Shown piece after piece: positions 9,500-20,535 of a stretch of 64,000 bases of DNA. The notes below the pieces were generated by a model. The model did not search any database. It saw only the letters and a program-made list of their open reading frames with translations, and had not been told where the DNA came from. Both the position numbers and the translations under genes were made by a program. The DNA is from Syntrophales bacterium (lineage in GTDB: Bacteria; Desulfobacterota; Syntrophia; Syntrophales; PHBD01). Each line of letters opens with the position of its first letter. Positions within the stretch are counted from its first letter, which is position 1. The stretch covers positions 1,728,001 through 1,792,000 of the forward strand of contig OY764159.1 in the NCBI GenBank assembly GCA_963668175.1, read 5' to 3'.

Positions 9500-11254
9500 A
9501 TGAAGATATTATTGCGAGTTTTCCTCTGGAGTTGCCTGATCACGGCGTTCATGGCCGCAGGTCCGGGGTCTTCGGTCGGCCCGGTCTCGGCAGACGATAA
9601 GGTCGAGAAACAGGTCGCCGCCGCCGTCCCGGCAGACGAGGCCAAGAAACCGGCGGAAGCCGCCGCCCAGCCGAAACCGCCGGAAAAAGCGGCCGAAGCC
9701 AAAGCGGCGAAATCGGACGACGATGACGACGGCGACGACGAAGGGCAGGATCTCATGGAAGACGCCCTGGCCCTCCTCGGCGAATCGGATGCGTCCTGGA
9801 AGAAGGGCGACATCGAAACCGCCCTGGAACTCCTCGACCAGGCCTATTCCCTGATCCTGGACGCCGACGGCGATCCCAACGTCGCCCGCCAGAAGGACGA
9901 TTTGCGACTCATCATTTCCAAAAGAATCCTGACTATTTATAATTCCATCCACGCGGCGACGGCGGGCAGGCGTAGCGAAATCCCCACCGTTATGAATGCC
10001 GACGTCGAATATGAAATCAAACAGTTCCAGACGCGGGAGCGCGATTTCTTCATCGGCGCCTACCACCGGTCGGGCATCCACCGTCCGGCCATCGTGAAAG
10101 CCCTGAAACAGGCGGGGCTTCCGGAGGAGCTGTCGTGGCTGCCTCTCGTCGAAAGCGGTTTCAAGGTCACGGCCATGTCGCCGGCCCGGGCCCTGGGTAT
10201 CTGGCAGTTCATCCCGTCCACGGGCTACAAATACGGCCTGACCCGGGATGAATGGATCGACGAACGCATGGACGTCGACAAATCCACCCAGGCGGCCATC
10301 GGCTACATGAAAGACCTCCACGGGATGTTCGGCGACTGGCTGACGGTGCTTGCCGCCTACAACTCGGGCGAGGGCCGGGTGCTCCGGGTCATCTCCCACC
10401 AGCGCGTGAACTACCTCGACCACTTCTGGGACCTCTACCGCGAACTTCCCCGGGAAACGGCGCGCTACGTCCCGCGTTTCCTGGCGACGCTCATGATCAT
10501 CAAGGACCCCAAGAAATACGGCATGGACCTGGGCGAACCCGTCGAGAAGCCGATGAATTACGAAAGGGTCAAGACGGCGAAGCCCATGAAACTCACCGAT
10601 ATCGCGAGCAATATCAGCTGCTCGGAGGACCTGCTCTTCCAGCTCAATTCGGAACTCAGGCACAAGGCGACGCCGGACCGGGAATATGACCTCAAGGTGC
10701 CCCCTGAGGCCGGGGAGAGACTGGTTGCGATCATGGACGAAATACCCCGGTGGGAACAGCCGCGATATGCCGCCTCCCGCCGCGGCGTCGTCCGGCACCG
10801 GGTCCGCCGGGGCGAGTCCCTGGCTTCCATTGCGAACCGGTACAGGACTTCCGTGGCCGCCATCCGCGAATACAACCGTATTTCGACCGCCAAGGGCGTC
10901 TATGTCGGGCAGCGCCTGATCGTTCCCGTCCGGGCCCGGGTGGCCGCCGATACGCAGACTTCAAAGGCCGCAAGCAGCCGCGCCCCGCAGACGGCGGGGA
11001 GCACGCCCGTGACTTACAAGATCAAGAAGGGCGACACCCTCATCATGCTCGCCCGGCGCTTCCATACGACCATCCCGGAACTGAAAAAACTGAACGGCAT
11101 GAAAGGCAACGTCCTGGTGCCGGGCCGGGTGATCCGGGTCGGAGCCAATCTCCAGGCCTCCGCGGAAGATCCTCCTGCGCCCAAGGTTGCGAAAAAGAAA
11201 CCCGTCAAGAAGACCGTGAAGAAAAAAGTGGCGAAGAAGGACGTGCAGGATTGA
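9500..11254 (+). CDS. mltD: Lytic murein transglycosylase with two LysM domains (MltD-like)
   Basis: LPLVESG, GIWQFIPSTG, LAAYNSGEG, ETARYVP; LysM repeats HRVRRGESL and YKIKKGDTL. Confidence 0.85.
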   Translation: MKILLRVFLWSCLITAFMAAGPGSSVGPVSADDKVEKQVAAAVPADEAKKPAEAAAQPKPPEKAAEAKAAKSDDDDDGDDEGQDLMEDALALLGESDASWKKGDIETALELLDQAYSLILDADGDPNVARQKDDLRLIISKRILTIYNSIHAATAGRRSEIPTVMNADVEYEIKQFQTRERDFFIGAYHRSGIHRPAIVKALKQAGLPEELSWLPLVESGFKVTAMSPARALGIWQFIPSTGYKYGLTRDEWIDERMDVDKSTQAAIGYMKDLHGMFGDWLTVLAAYNSGEGRVLRVISHQRVNYLDHFWDLYRELPRETARYVPRFLATLMIIKDPKKYGMDLGEPVEKPMNYERVKTAKPMKLTDIASNISCSEDLLFQLNSELRHKATPDREYDLKVPPEAGERLVAIMDEIPRWEQPRYAASRRGVVRHRVRRGESLASIANRYRTSVAAIREYNRISTAKGVYVGQRLIVPVRARVAADTQTSKAASSRAPQTAGSTPVTYKIKKGDTLIMLARRFHTTIPELKKLNGMKGNVLVPGRVIRVGANLQASAEDPPAPKVAKKKPVKKTVKKKVAKKDVQD

Positions 11255-11298
11255 GGCGGGATCTCGGTATATAACAAGAATAATCAACGCATTGCATG

Positions 11299-11335
11299 AG
11301 GGGCCGGCGGACTGAAAATCGCCGGCCCCTTTTTT
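11299..11335 (+). terminator. Rho-independent terminator between convergent mltD and ybeY
   Basis: AGGGGCCGGCG / CGCCGGCCCCT stem followed by a T run. Confidence 0.85.
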
Positions 11336-11424
11336 ATGCGATTCTGCCGGGATGCGTATTTTTCGGGGGATGCCTTGATCTGAAGGATTGCCCGCCGGAT
11401 GCGGCGGTGCGGGGAAAGGGCGTT

Positions 11425-11880
11425 TCAGTGCGCCAGGCGGTAGCCCTTGAGGAAGAAGAACAGCTCGTCCTCCATCTCCTTCATCCTTGTTTCCTCGGCG
11501 GGTGTGGTATTCTCGTGGTTGTAGCCGACGAGGTGCAGGAGCCCGTGGATCAGGAGGAAGTCTATCTCATCGTCCGCCGGGATCCGGGCCTTTTTCGCTT
11601 CGGTACGGGCGGTCTCCACCGAAATGACGATGTCGCCCAGCACTTTCGGATTGACGCCGCCGAATTCGCCCTCCTGCATGGGGAAGGAGATGACGTTCGT
11701 GGCATGATCGCGGTCGAGGTACGACCGGTTGATCTCCCTGATCGCCATGTCATCGACGAGGAGGATGCTCAGCTCGCTGTCGTCGCGGCCGAGGTGCCTG
11801 AGGAGCCTGGATAGAACGGAGCGGATTCTACGCAAATCGATCTTTGCTTCGCTCTGTCTGTTTTCGATCTGTATGGCCAT
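11425..11880 (-). CDS. ybeY: rRNA maturation endoribonuclease YbeY
   Basis: TNVISFP, LGDIVIS, HGLLHLVGYNHE zinc motif. Confidence 0.95.
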   Translation of the reverse strand: MAIQIENRQSEAKIDLRRIRSVLSRLLRHLGRDDSELSILLVDDMAIREINRSYLDRDHATNVISFPMQEGEFGGVNPKVLGDIVISVETARTEAKKARIPADDEIDFLLIHGLLHLVGYNHENTTPAEETRMKEMEDELFFFLKGYRLAH

Positions 11881-14212
11881 TGTTTTCTTTCTTGGCTCCG
11901 TTGCCCGCCGCCGGTTTCACCAGTTCCGGATAGTCGATGCGGTGGTGGAAGATGCCGTTTAGTATCCGCGAGAAGGTCTCGGCGATCTCGTTCAGGTCGT
12001 GGAGGGTCAGCTCGCACTCGTCGAGCTGGCCGTCGGCGAAGACGCGTTCGATCCGCTCCTTGACGAGGTGGTTGATCCGCGCCGGCGTCGGATTGGAGAG
12101 GGTCCGGGAGGAGGCCTCCATGACGTCCCCGAGGAGGACGAGTCCCGCTTCCTTCGTCTGGGGCTTCGGGCCGGGGTAGCGGAAATCGCTTTCCGGCAGG
12201 GACCGGATGGACGGGTCCTTGTCCTTCTTCGCCTTTTCGTAAAAATAGCTGACGAGGCTGGTCCCGTGGTGCTGGCGGATGATATCGGTGATCTCCTTGC
12301 CGAGCCTCGCCTCCTGGGCCAGTTCGCAGCCGTCCTTGATGTGGGAGATGATGACCAGGCTGCTCATCTTGGGCGTCAGGCGGTCGTGCTTGTTCTCGCC
12401 ATCCCGCTGGTTCTCGATGAAATAGCTGGCCTTCTTCACCTTGCCGATGTCGTGGTAGTAGGCGCTCACCTTCGCCAGGAGGGGGTTGGCGCCGATGGCT
12501 TCCGCGGCGGCTTCCACCATGGAACCGGTAATGATGCTGTGGTGGTACGTCCCGGGGGCCTCGATCAGCATGCGCTGGAAGATCGGCTGGTTCAGGTTGG
12601 CCTGTTCGAGGAGCCTGATATCCGTCGTGTAGCCGAAGAAGTACTCGAGGAGGGGGCTTACACCCGCCACGATGAATCCGGAACTGATCCCGCCTACGAA
12701 ACCGAGCGTCATGTTGAGCAGGATCTCGAAAGACGGCACCTTGCCGCCCATGAGGGAGATGAAACAGACGACGACGGCGTTGATAAGACCGAGGTAGAAT
12801 CCCGTCCGGAAGAAGGCGGACCGCCTGCGGCAAAGGACGATGTGGTAGGCCGCGGCGATGCTGCCGAGAAAGGCGAAGACTGCCAGGTCCGTCCGTCCGC
12901 CCAGGAGAAAGGTGACCAGGAAGGACGACATGATCGCGAAGATCAGGGCCATGTTCCGGTTGATCAGGACGCCCGTCAGCATGGCGCCGACGGCGAAGGG
13001 GATCGCAAAGTAGCTCGCCTCAGCCGGTATGGACGGAAAGGCGCGGTTGACCGCCGCCGCGAGAAAGACGCTCAGTTTCACGAGGAAGCTCTGCAGAAGG
13101 ATGGAGACGGCGAGAAAGAGGAGATCCTTGTTGATGTTGGCCCGTTTGCGAAGCCACTCGAACGCAAGGTAGTAGAGCCCGGCGGAAAGGAACATGATGA
13201 CGACCATCATCCCGATGAAGACCCAGACGAGGGACCAGTAGTCGCGGTTGGACCGTTTGTAGTAGGCCTCCAGCATGTCCAGGGTCGTGATGTTGATCTT
13301 TTCGCCTTCCCGGACGATGATTTCGTTGTTCTGCACCTGGAAATAGACAGGTTCGACGCTGTCCAGGATGCTCACCTTGAGCTGTTCCGAGGCGCTTTTA
13401 TTGTAAACCAGGTTGGGCTGGACCAGCTTCGCCGCCAGCATAATGGCGGCGCTCCGGAGGTCGGTCTGTTCGTGACCGAAATAGATGCTCACGTAACGGG
13501 GAATCAAGGGCCTGAGCTGTTCGATCGGGATGGCGCCCGAAAGTTCCTTCTTTGCCTCCTGGCTGTTGGTCCTGATGTCGCGGACGATGATCCCCCTCTC
13601 CCGGTCCTGTTTCGCCAGGGGACCGACGGTGATGAATTTGTTGTCGTAGTAGATCGTCCTGATCAGGTTCGCCATCCGGGTGGCGAAAGTGGGCGAAAGT
13701 TTGAAATTATTAAGGACATTGAATTCGTCTGCCGTAACGGCGGTGCCGATGGCCTTCTCGAATGCGGCCCGGCCTTCTTCGGAGTAGCCGTGGGCAGGAG
13801 CCCCTTCGAGCATGTTCTTCTGCTGGTCCCGCTTCCTGGCGTCGTGCAGCTCGACAAAGGCCTTGGAGAGGTTGGCCTTGATGTAGGCCGGGAGGTTGCT
13901 GTCGTAATCGTAGACGGACTGGATCTTCTCCATGGCCTCCAGTTTCTTCACTTCCGTCGAATTGCGGTCGACGGCGAGGAAATCCCGGTCGGCCCGGACG
14001 TCCTTCTTGGCGATCTGCCCGACCTTATACTGCTCGTGAAAAACCGGTATATTGGGGCTCAGGATGAGCGCCAGGACGAAGCTTAAGCATACGAGGATGG
14101 CCCCCTTCTGGAAGAGGTCGCTCTTCGCGAATTCAGGGTAGAGGTTGTAGCGGGTCGCCGTCTCCTTGATCAGTGAGGCGGCCTTGTCCGTCGCTTCGTC
14201 GATGCGGTTCAT
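11828..14212 (-). CDS. 7TM-HD family phosphohydrolase (PgpH-like)
   Basis: Extracytoplasmic domain, multiple TM helices, [28 protein letters not shown]; located between phoH and ybeY. Confidence 0.9.
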   Translation of the reverse strand: MNRIDEATDKAASLIKETATRYNLYPEFAKSDLFQKGAILVCLSFVLALILSPNIPVFHEQYKVGQIAKKDVRADRDFLAVDRNSTEVKKLEAMEKIQSVYDYDSNLPAYIKANLSKAFVELHDARKRDQQKNMLEGAPAHGYSEEGRAAFEKAIGTAVTADEFNVLNNFKLSPTFATRMANLIRTIYYDNKFITVGPLAKQDRERGIIVRDIRTNSQEAKKELSGAIPIEQLRPLIPRYVSIYFGHEQTDLRSAAIMLAAKLVQPNLVYNKSASEQLKVSILDSVEPVYFQVQNNEIIVREGEKINITTLDMLEAYYKRSNRDYWSLVWVFIGMMVVIMFLSAGLYYLAFEWLRKRANINKDLLFLAVSILLQSFLVKLSVFLAAAVNRAFPSIPAEASYFAIPFAVGAMLTGVLINRNMALIFAIMSSFLVTFLLGGRTDLAVFAFLGSIAAAYHIVLCRRRSAFFRTGFYLGLINAVVVCFISLMGGKVPSFEILLNMTLGFVGGISSGFIVAGVSPLLEYFFGYTTDIRLLEQANLNQPIFQRMLIEAPGTYHHSIITGSMVEAAAEAIGANPLLAKVSAYYHDIGKVKKASYFIENQRDGENKHDRLTPKMSSLVIISHIKDGCELAQEARLGKEITDIIRQHHGTSLVSYFYEKAKKDKDPSIRSLPESDFRYPGPKPQTKEAGLVLLGDVMEASSRTLSNPTPARINHLVKERIERVFADGQLDECELTLHDLNEIAETFSRILNGIFHHRIDYPELVKPAAGNGAKKENNGHTDRKQTERSKDRFA

Positions 14213-15213
14213 ATGGCTGCTTTGGGTTCGCTCTTCCGCCGGCCGGCGTCGAGGTGGTTGTAGGCACGGATCACGTCCTGCACCAGGGGGTGCCGGACCA
14301 CGTCGATTTCGGTGAAATGGACGAAACTGATCCCCTCGATTCGCTTCAGTATCCGTTCCGCTTCGACCAGGCCGGAGATTTTGTCCGGCGGGAGGTCGAT
14401 CTGGGTAATGTCTCCGGTGATGACGGCCTTGGAGCCGAATCCCAGCCGCGTCAGAAACATCTTCATCTGCTCCGACGTCGTGTTCTGGGCTTCATCCAAA
14501 ATGACGAACGAATCGTTCAATGTCCGGCCGCGCATGAAGGCGAGCGGGGCGACCTCGATGACGCCCTTGCTGATGAGCGCCGAGGCCTTGTCGAAATCGA
14601 GCATGTCGAAAAGGGCGTCGTAGAGCGGCCGCAGATAAGGGTTGACCTTCTCAGAGAGGTCGCCGGGGAGGAAGCCGAGCTTTTCCCCCGCCTCGACGGC
14701 CGGTCTCGCCAGGGCGATACGGGCGACCTTCTTCTCCAGGAGGGCCGATACCGCCATGGCCATGGCCAGGTAGGTCTTGCCCGTCCCGGCGGGGCCGATG
14801 CCGAAGACCATGTCGTGGGTCCTCATGGCGTCGATATAGTGCTTCTGGGCGATCCCCTTGGGGGTAATCATCCGTTTTTTCGAGGAGATAAAGACGGTAT
14901 CCATAAAGATCTTGTCGAGCTTCTGGGTGCCGTTTTCCGCCAGGATCCGGTAGGCGTAGCCGATGTCCGGGGGGTAGATGGGGAAGCCGCGGCCCATGAT
15001 GTCGTAAAGCTGGACAAGGAGGTTCTTGATCAGGGCGACGGGGATCGGCTCTCCCGAGATCGTCACGACGTTGCCGCGGACGGAAACCTTGATCCTCTCC
15101 AGCTTTTCGATGAGCTTGATGTTACGGTCGTGCTCACCGAGCAAGCTGCGGAGTATCTCGTTGTCCGGGAAAGTGATTTTCTCTGCCGAAATGGAGTCGG
15201 GCGGTTTGTTCAA
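14209..15213 (-). CDS. phoH: PhoH family ATPase
   Basis: [39 protein letters not shown]. Confidence 0.95.
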   Translation of the reverse strand: MNKPPDSISAEKITFPDNEILRSLLGEHDRNIKLIEKLERIKVSVRGNVVTISGEPIPVALIKNLLVQLYDIMGRGFPIYPPDIGYAYRILAENGTQKLDKIFMDTVFISSKKRMITPKGIAQKHYIDAMRTHDMVFGIGPAGTGKTYLAMAMAVSALLEKKVARIALARPAVEAGEKLGFLPGDLSEKVNPYLRPLYDALFDMLDFDKASALISKGVIEVAPLAFMRGRTLNDSFVILDEAQNTTSEQMKMFLTRLGFGSKAVITGDITQIDLPPDKISGLVEAERILKRIEGISFVHFTEIDVVRHPLVQDVIRAYNHLDAGRRKSEPKAAI

Positions 15214-15331
15214 GGATGAAAGATCCGTGTTTATAGAACCTTAGGCAGAGCCACCCCCTGCCCACCAATGCTGGGGCGGGATGCTATCACGGAGTGCACC
15301 CGTTTGCAACAACTTTCCACAAGCGCAATGC

Positions 15332-16582
15332 TTACCGTCCCGTCTGCAAAAAGAGATGGGCGAAAACCTTCGCGTTTCCCATCATATTCTCAAGGGAGCA
15401 GTGTTCATCCGGCTGGTGGGCCTTCTGAAGCACCCTTGACCAGACCGCCACGGGGTAGTCCTCCTTGCGGAAGTATGCGGCGACGGTGCCGGCGCCCACG
15501 CCCTGAGGGGTGGCCTCGACCTTGTAGACCTCCCGAGCCGCCTCGGCCAGGGCCAGGACGACGGGGGCGTCGTGGGCGGTGGCCGCCGGGGCCTCCACCT
15601 GCTGGACCGGCGTGATCTCGACGGTCACGCCGAAACGCTTCTCGACGGCCTTGACGCGGCTCCCGATCGCCGCCATCACCTCCGCGAGCTTGTACTGGGG
15701 GAGGATGCGGCTGTCGAGGTAAAAGACGTCTTCGCCGGGGATGGTATTGACGTTGGGGACGTTGGCCTCCTTCTTGGTCGGCTGGAAGGTGCTGCCCGGG
15801 GGATCGAAGAACGGATCGACGGCGGGGAAGACCTCGTGCAGCTCGTCCAGGGCGACGGCCAGGTAGGACGCCGCCCGGAAGGCGTTGATGCCCTCGTTCG
15901 GCCGGCTGCCGTGGCACTGCTTTCCGAGGGTCCGGAAGCGGAGCCAGTTGATGGATTTTTCGGCCACTTCGATCATGGTGCCCTCTTCGTTGCCCGAATC
16001 GGGGACGACGATGATGTCGGTCTTGCGGAAGGGATTTTTCGGGTCGGCGAGGACATGGGAGATGCCGTAGCGGCTCGCCGTCTCTTCGTCGGAGACGAAA
16101 GCGAGGCCGATGCCGGACTCGGGCGTCAGTCCTTCATCGAGGAAGGCCTTGGCGGCGAAGATGGAGGCCACCATATCCTGCTGGTTGTCTTCCGTGCCGC
16201 GGCCGTAGACCAGGCCGTCTTTCACGAAGCCCTTGTACGGGTCCGAGTGCCAGAGGGAGGCCTCGCCGGGGGGGACGATGTCGAGATGGGTCATGATCCA
16301 GACCATCCTGTCGGTGCACTTTCCCGGGATGCGGGCGATGAGGTTGGGCCGCTGGCCCGACGAGACCCGGCTGTCCGGGGCGTTGATTTCGAAGATATCG
16401 GTGAATCCCAGTTCCCGGAGGCGTTCCGCGAGGAACCGGGCCTTGGGGAGTTCGCCGTCGCCGCCGTTTTCCGGCGACAGGGCGGGGATGGCCGAAAGGC
16501 CGAACTGAAGGCGGATGCAATCCTCCCTGTAGGAGTCGATGCGTTCGGAGATTTTCTTGAACGAAACTTTATCGATGGTCAT
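15332..16582 (-). CDS. M20 family metallohydrolase (DapE/ArgE-like)
   Basis: HLDIVPPG, YGRGTEDN, DEET, HQPDE. Confidence 0.9.
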   Translation of the reverse strand: MTIDKVSFKKISERIDSYREDCIRLQFGLSAIPALSPENGGDGELPKARFLAERLRELGFTDIFEINAPDSRVSSGQRPNLIARIPGKCTDRMVWIMTHLDIVPPGEASLWHSDPYKGFVKDGLVYGRGTEDNQQDMVASIFAAKAFLDEGLTPESGIGLAFVSDEETASRYGISHVLADPKNPFRKTDIIVVPDSGNEEGTMIEVAEKSINWLRFRTLGKQCHGSRPNEGINAFRAASYLAVALDELHEVFPAVDPFFDPPGSTFQPTKKEANVPNVNTIPGEDVFYLDSRILPQYKLAEVMAAIGSRVKAVEKRFGVTVEITPVQQVEAPAATAHDAPVVLALAEAAREVYKVEATPQGVGAGTVAAYFRKEDYPVAVWSRVLQKAHQPDEHCSLENMMGNAKVFAHLFLQTGR

Positions 16583-17988
16583 AACAATCCTTCCCTGACA
16601 ATAATGTCTTTAAATTCGGTTTTTAACTGCTTGAGGGCTTCATCGTCGCCGACGACGAAGACGATCTCTTCTTCCGGTAAAACGTATTGCTCCTTGACCC
16701 GGGCCAGGTCGGCCAGCGTCACGGCGTCGATCTTTCCGAGATAGGTCTCCATGTGATCCTTGGGGAGGCCGTCGTAGGCGATCTGCATCTGCTGGTAGGC
16801 GATCTGGTGCGCTGAGGTGAAGGAGAAGATGAAGCCGCTGTCGACCGCCTTCTTGGCCCAGGTCAATTCCTGCGCCGAGATGGGCCGACCGGCGCCGTCC
16901 CGGACGATGGCGCGGATCATGGAGAGGGCCTTGCCGGTCGTCGCCGATTTCGTGAAGGCGTAGGCGCTGAAGACGCCTTCCGTCGCCCGGGGCCGATAGA
17001 AGCTTCCGGCGCTGTAGGCCAGCCCCTCGTTGGTGCGGACCTCCTGGAAGATGCGGGAGGGGAATCCGCCGCTGCCGACGATGAAGTCGAAAATACGGAA
17101 CGGGTAAGTATCTTCGGTCAGAAAAGACGGCGCCCGGTGGGCCACGATCACGACCGACTGGGGTGTCTTCTTGGCGAGATAATAGACTCCGCCCCCTTGC
17201 CGCGGGACCGGCGGGGGCGGAGCCGGGATAGGGCCTTCCTCTTTCCAGTCGCCGAAGGCCCTGGCGATTCTTTCTGTTGCTTCCTGCTTTGAGATGTCGC
17301 CGCTTACGGCGATCATGATATTGGCCGGACGGAAGAAACGCCGGTGGAATGCGACGAGGTCCTCGCGGCCGATGCCGGAGACGGAGGCGAATGTGGCCAT
17401 CCTTCCCCGGGGGTGGTTTTGGTAAATGACGCGGTTGAACTCCCGGAAGGCGAAACGCTGCGGGCTGTCGGCGATCCGGCGGATGTCTTCGAGCTTCAGG
17501 TTCCTGGCCAGGTCGAACTTGGCCGCTTCGAAGGCCGGTTCCCGGATGATCCGGGCGAAGATGTCGAGACCGCGGTCGAGGTCCTTCGTGAGGACGGAAA
17601 GCGACACGCTGCCCGATTCCGCGGCGATGCCGGACTCCAGCTCGATGGCGAGCTGCTCCAGGGTGTCGTCGATCTCGCCGCTCTTCATGCCTTTCGTGCC
17701 GCCGTCCCGCAGGAGCTGGCCCGTGAGGTCCGCCAGGCCCTCCTTGCCTTCCGGGTCGTAGACGGATCCGGTCCGGACGAGGGCGGTGACCTTGACGAGG
17801 GGAAGCTCGCGGTCCTCGTAGAAAAAGACGGTGATGCCGTTGTCCAGGACGACGGTCTCCGGCCGGGGCACCCGGAAATGGAGGGGCGGATAGCGCAGAC
17901 TCTCCGGCGACGGAAGCGGCGGGCCTGCGGCGAAGGCCGGCAGACTCAACAAAATGAAGGCCAGAAAGGCGGCGAGTGTCTTCCTCAC
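16579..17988 (-). CDS. M16 (insulinase) peptidase, non-catalytic subunit
   Basis: Signal peptide, LDNG, GLADLT, SRIFQEVRTNEGLAYS; no HxxEH motif. Confidence 0.85.
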   Translation of the reverse strand: MRKTLAAFLAFILLSLPAFAAGPPLPSPESLRYPPLHFRVPRPETVVLDNGITVFFYEDRELPLVKVTALVRTGSVYDPEGKEGLADLTGQLLRDGGTKGMKSGEIDDTLEQLAIELESGIAAESGSVSLSVLTKDLDRGLDIFARIIREPAFEAAKFDLARNLKLEDIRRIADSPQRFAFREFNRVIYQNHPRGRMATFASVSGIGREDLVAFHRRFFRPANIMIAVSGDISKQEATERIARAFGDWKEEGPIPAPPPPVPRQGGGVYYLAKKTPQSVVIVAHRAPSFLTEDTYPFRIFDFIVGSGGFPSRIFQEVRTNEGLAYSAGSFYRPRATEGVFSAYAFTKSATTGKALSMIRAIVRDGAGRPISAQELTWAKKAVDSGFIFSFTSAHQIAYQQMQIAYDGLPKDHMETYLGKIDAVTLADLARVKEQYVLPEEEIVFVVGDDEALKQLKTEFKDIIVREGLL

Positions 17989-19514
17989 GGCTTTACCTCC
18001 TGGTTCGTAATGCGGACGGCCGGGCGCATGACGGCGACGGTCCTGTTCTCCTCCGTCAGATACTTGCGGGCGGCGGCCATGATGTCTTCGGGCGAAATCT
18101 TTTCAATCATCCGGCCGTAGCGAGTCATGTAGCGGTAATCGCCCAGGAGGCACTCGTAGTAGGAAAGCGTGTTCGCCAGGCCGCTGTTGGAATTGAGGCC
18201 CCGGATGAAATCGGCCTTCATCTGGTTCTTGACCTTCTCAAGCTCCTTCGCAGCGACCGGTTCGGATTTCAGCCGCTCGATCTCGGCGTAGACGGCCCTT
18301 TCGACCTCGTCCGTCGTATGCGGGGCCCGGGGCCGGGCATAGACCGTAAAGAGATTGGCGTAGCGCGAGCCAGGCGAGCCGTTGGACGCATAGGCCATTT
18401 CCGCCAGGCCTGTCTCCTCGATCAGCTTCTTGTGAAGCCGGGAGGTGCGGCCGTGACTGAGGACAGCCTCGACGACATCGAGCGTATAATCGTCGAAAGA
18501 AGGCATCGTCGGCTTGTGCCAGCCGGCGATCAGCCTTGGGTTGGCGTCGTCGTCGATAACGAGGCGACGCTCCTGTTTCTGTGGCGGTTCGGACAGGACG
18601 GCCGCGGGCGTATACCTGTAACGGGGGATCTTGCCGAAGTACCTTTCGATGAGGCGGATGGCTTCGCCGGTCCTGAAATCGCCCACGGCGGCAATGACCG
18701 TATTCTCCGGGGCGTGGAGCTTTTTGACGAAGGCCTTCATGTCGTCCATGCCGAGGAAGGGGATGTCGGCTTCCCAGCCGATGACGGGCCGGCGGTAGGG
18801 GTGAACGGCAAAGGCCTCGGCCAGGAATTTCTCCATCAGCCTGCCGTCGGGGCTCGATTCGGTCCGCTGCCGCTTCTCCTCGCGGATCACGTCCCTTTCC
18901 GTGTAGAATTCCCTAAGGACGGGGTTCGTCATCCGGTCCGATTCCATCCGCGCCCAGAGTTCCATCTTGTTGGCGGGGAGGCTTACCTTGAACGTCGTCA
19001 TGTCCTGGCCCGTGGAGCCGTTCATGTCGAGGCCGCCGTTTTCCGTGTAGAGCCTGTCCATTTCGTTGGAGAGGACGAGGTTCCCGGCCTTCTTCTGCAG
19101 TTCCCGGAGCTCCTCCGTCAGGGCCTTTACCCGCGCCGGATCGGCGTCCTTTCCCTTCTTCCTTTCGGCGTCGAGCCTGCCGCCCACCTTGGCGATCCTG
19201 TTAAGGAGGGGTTTTTCCTTCCGGTAGTCCTTCGTGCCGATCGTCTTCGTCCCCTTGAACATCATGTGTTCCAGGAAGTGGGCCATGCCCGTCTTGCCGT
19301 CCGGTTCGTCCACGGCGCCGGTCCTGTGCCTGATATAGAAGGAGACGGTGGGGCTCAGGTGCCGCTCCAGGAGCAGGACCTTAAGTCCGTTCTTCAGGGT
19401 GTACGATTTGACCCTCTTCTCCAGATCGGCCCCGTCGTCGGCGCCGGCGGCGCGCACGAAAAGGCACAGGAAAACCAGCGAAAGAAGGAGAAGCTTCGGT
19501 CTAGATGTCTTCAT
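17985..19514 (-). CDS. M16 (insulinase) zinc peptidase, catalytic subunit
   Basis: Signal peptide, GMAHFLEHMMFKGT (HxxEH), HPYRRPVIGW. Confidence 0.9.
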   Translation of the reverse strand: MKTSRPKLLLLSLVFLCLFVRAAGADDGADLEKRVKSYTLKNGLKVLLLERHLSPTVSFYIRHRTGAVDEPDGKTGMAHFLEHMMFKGTKTIGTKDYRKEKPLLNRIAKVGGRLDAERKKGKDADPARVKALTEELRELQKKAGNLVLSNEMDRLYTENGGLDMNGSTGQDMTTFKVSLPANKMELWARMESDRMTNPVLREFYTERDVIREEKRQRTESSPDGRLMEKFLAEAFAVHPYRRPVIGWEADIPFLGMDDMKAFVKKLHAPENTVIAAVGDFRTGEAIRLIERYFGKIPRYRYTPAAVLSEPPQKQERRLVIDDDANPRLIAGWHKPTMPSFDDYTLDVVEAVLSHGRTSRLHKKLIEETGLAEMAYASNGSPGSRYANLFTVYARPRAPHTTDEVERAVYAEIERLKSEPVAAKELEKVKNQMKADFIRGLNSNSGLANTLSYYECLLGDYRYMTRYGRMIEKISPEDIMAAARKYLTEENRTVAVMRPAVRITNQEVKP

Positions 19515-19713
19515 GATCTCTGCTTTTGTCCTGGGATTTCAAGCGGGTGCGGATCTGGAAAAAAGGATAGATGATGCCGACGATGGAAACAAGGATAATC
19601 ATATTGGACGAGAAAAAATACATGATAAACTCGAATACGTTCTTTTTGCGATAGGCGGCCGTCAGAGAGTCGATCCCGAACAGGAGAAAGACAACCGAAA
19701 AGACGGCAATCAC
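19501..19713 (-). CDS. Small two-TM membrane protein (start uncertain)
   Basis: Two hydrophobic segments; stop codon overlaps the start of the M16 gene. Confidence 0.5.
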   Translation of the reverse strand: MIAVFSVVFLLFGIDSLTAAYRKKNVFEFIMYFFSSNMIILVSIVGIIYPFFQIRTRLKSQDKSRDHEDI

Positions 19714-19930
19714 GATGTTCTTGAGCCACCAAAGCCACGGTGCCGTTCCTGTTTGCCTGCTTTCCGCCGTAAGGTCCCCGTCTTTCCGGGAGCGGGAAGC
19801 TCCCCTGCCTTGCCTTCCATTCTAACGCGTCTGCCGCCCGCTGGCAAGCACCAATGCGTGGGGCGGAATCCCGTTCCATGTCACTCGCGGAGCAAAACCT
19901 TCCGCCCGGCCTGTCCCGGGAAGGGAGCCG

Positions 19931-20209
19931 TCAGCGGATCTCATACTCCCCATGCTCCGAGGCGCCTTTGAAGTGATAATAGGACCGGTAAATCAGGTTT
20001 CCGTGTATCACGTATTCGGGCAGGGCTGAAGAACCGTCCGGATGCTTCGCAGTCCTGAAAATCAACCCTTTTTTAACGACGTATTCGGGAAATGTCGAGG
20101 GCCCCAGGGGATGATGATCGGTTCTGTAGATGTCGGCGCCCTTGATCTCGTAATCGGGCTTATCCCCGGCGCCATCGGGATGAGCCGCCGTACGGTACAC
20201 GTATCCCAT
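19931..20209 (-). CDS. Small tandem-repeat hypothetical protein
   Basis: About 3.5 copies of IYRT..HP.G....P.Y.I.G. Confidence 0.55.
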   Translation of the reverse strand: MGYVYRTAAHPDGAGDKPDYEIKGADIYRTDHHPLGPSTFPEYVVKKGLIFRTAKHPDGSSALPEYVIHGNLIYRSYYHFKGASEHGEYEIR

Positions 20210-20535
20210 AAATTGTTCATTCTTCCGAAATGGTCCATTTCAAGAAGACCGGCTCCGGGTGAACCGGCCACAACACCACTAGGTTCCTTAGATAACACGA
20301 CAGGACTCCTGCATTCAACAGGAAAGTCGTCTCTCCGGGGAATCTCCCTGTTATTCCGTTAAAATTCTTGACATATCGGCGATTTTCTGTTTTATTACTT
20401 GGTTAATGGAATTGCGGTTTTTAAAAGACCCAATAAATACGGAAATCTATGGATGTCGGACCGCGCCCAAACGCCTTCCCCAACGCCTGACAAAAATCAT
20501 AAACTATTGATAATCGATACAAGAAACGAGGAAAC

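Noticed and set aside
11999..14086. Long antisense ORFs (e.g. 11999-14086, 17976-19574, 30688-32580, 37205-39157)
   Set aside because: Shadow ORFs opposite well-supported genes, typical of high-GC coding DNA.
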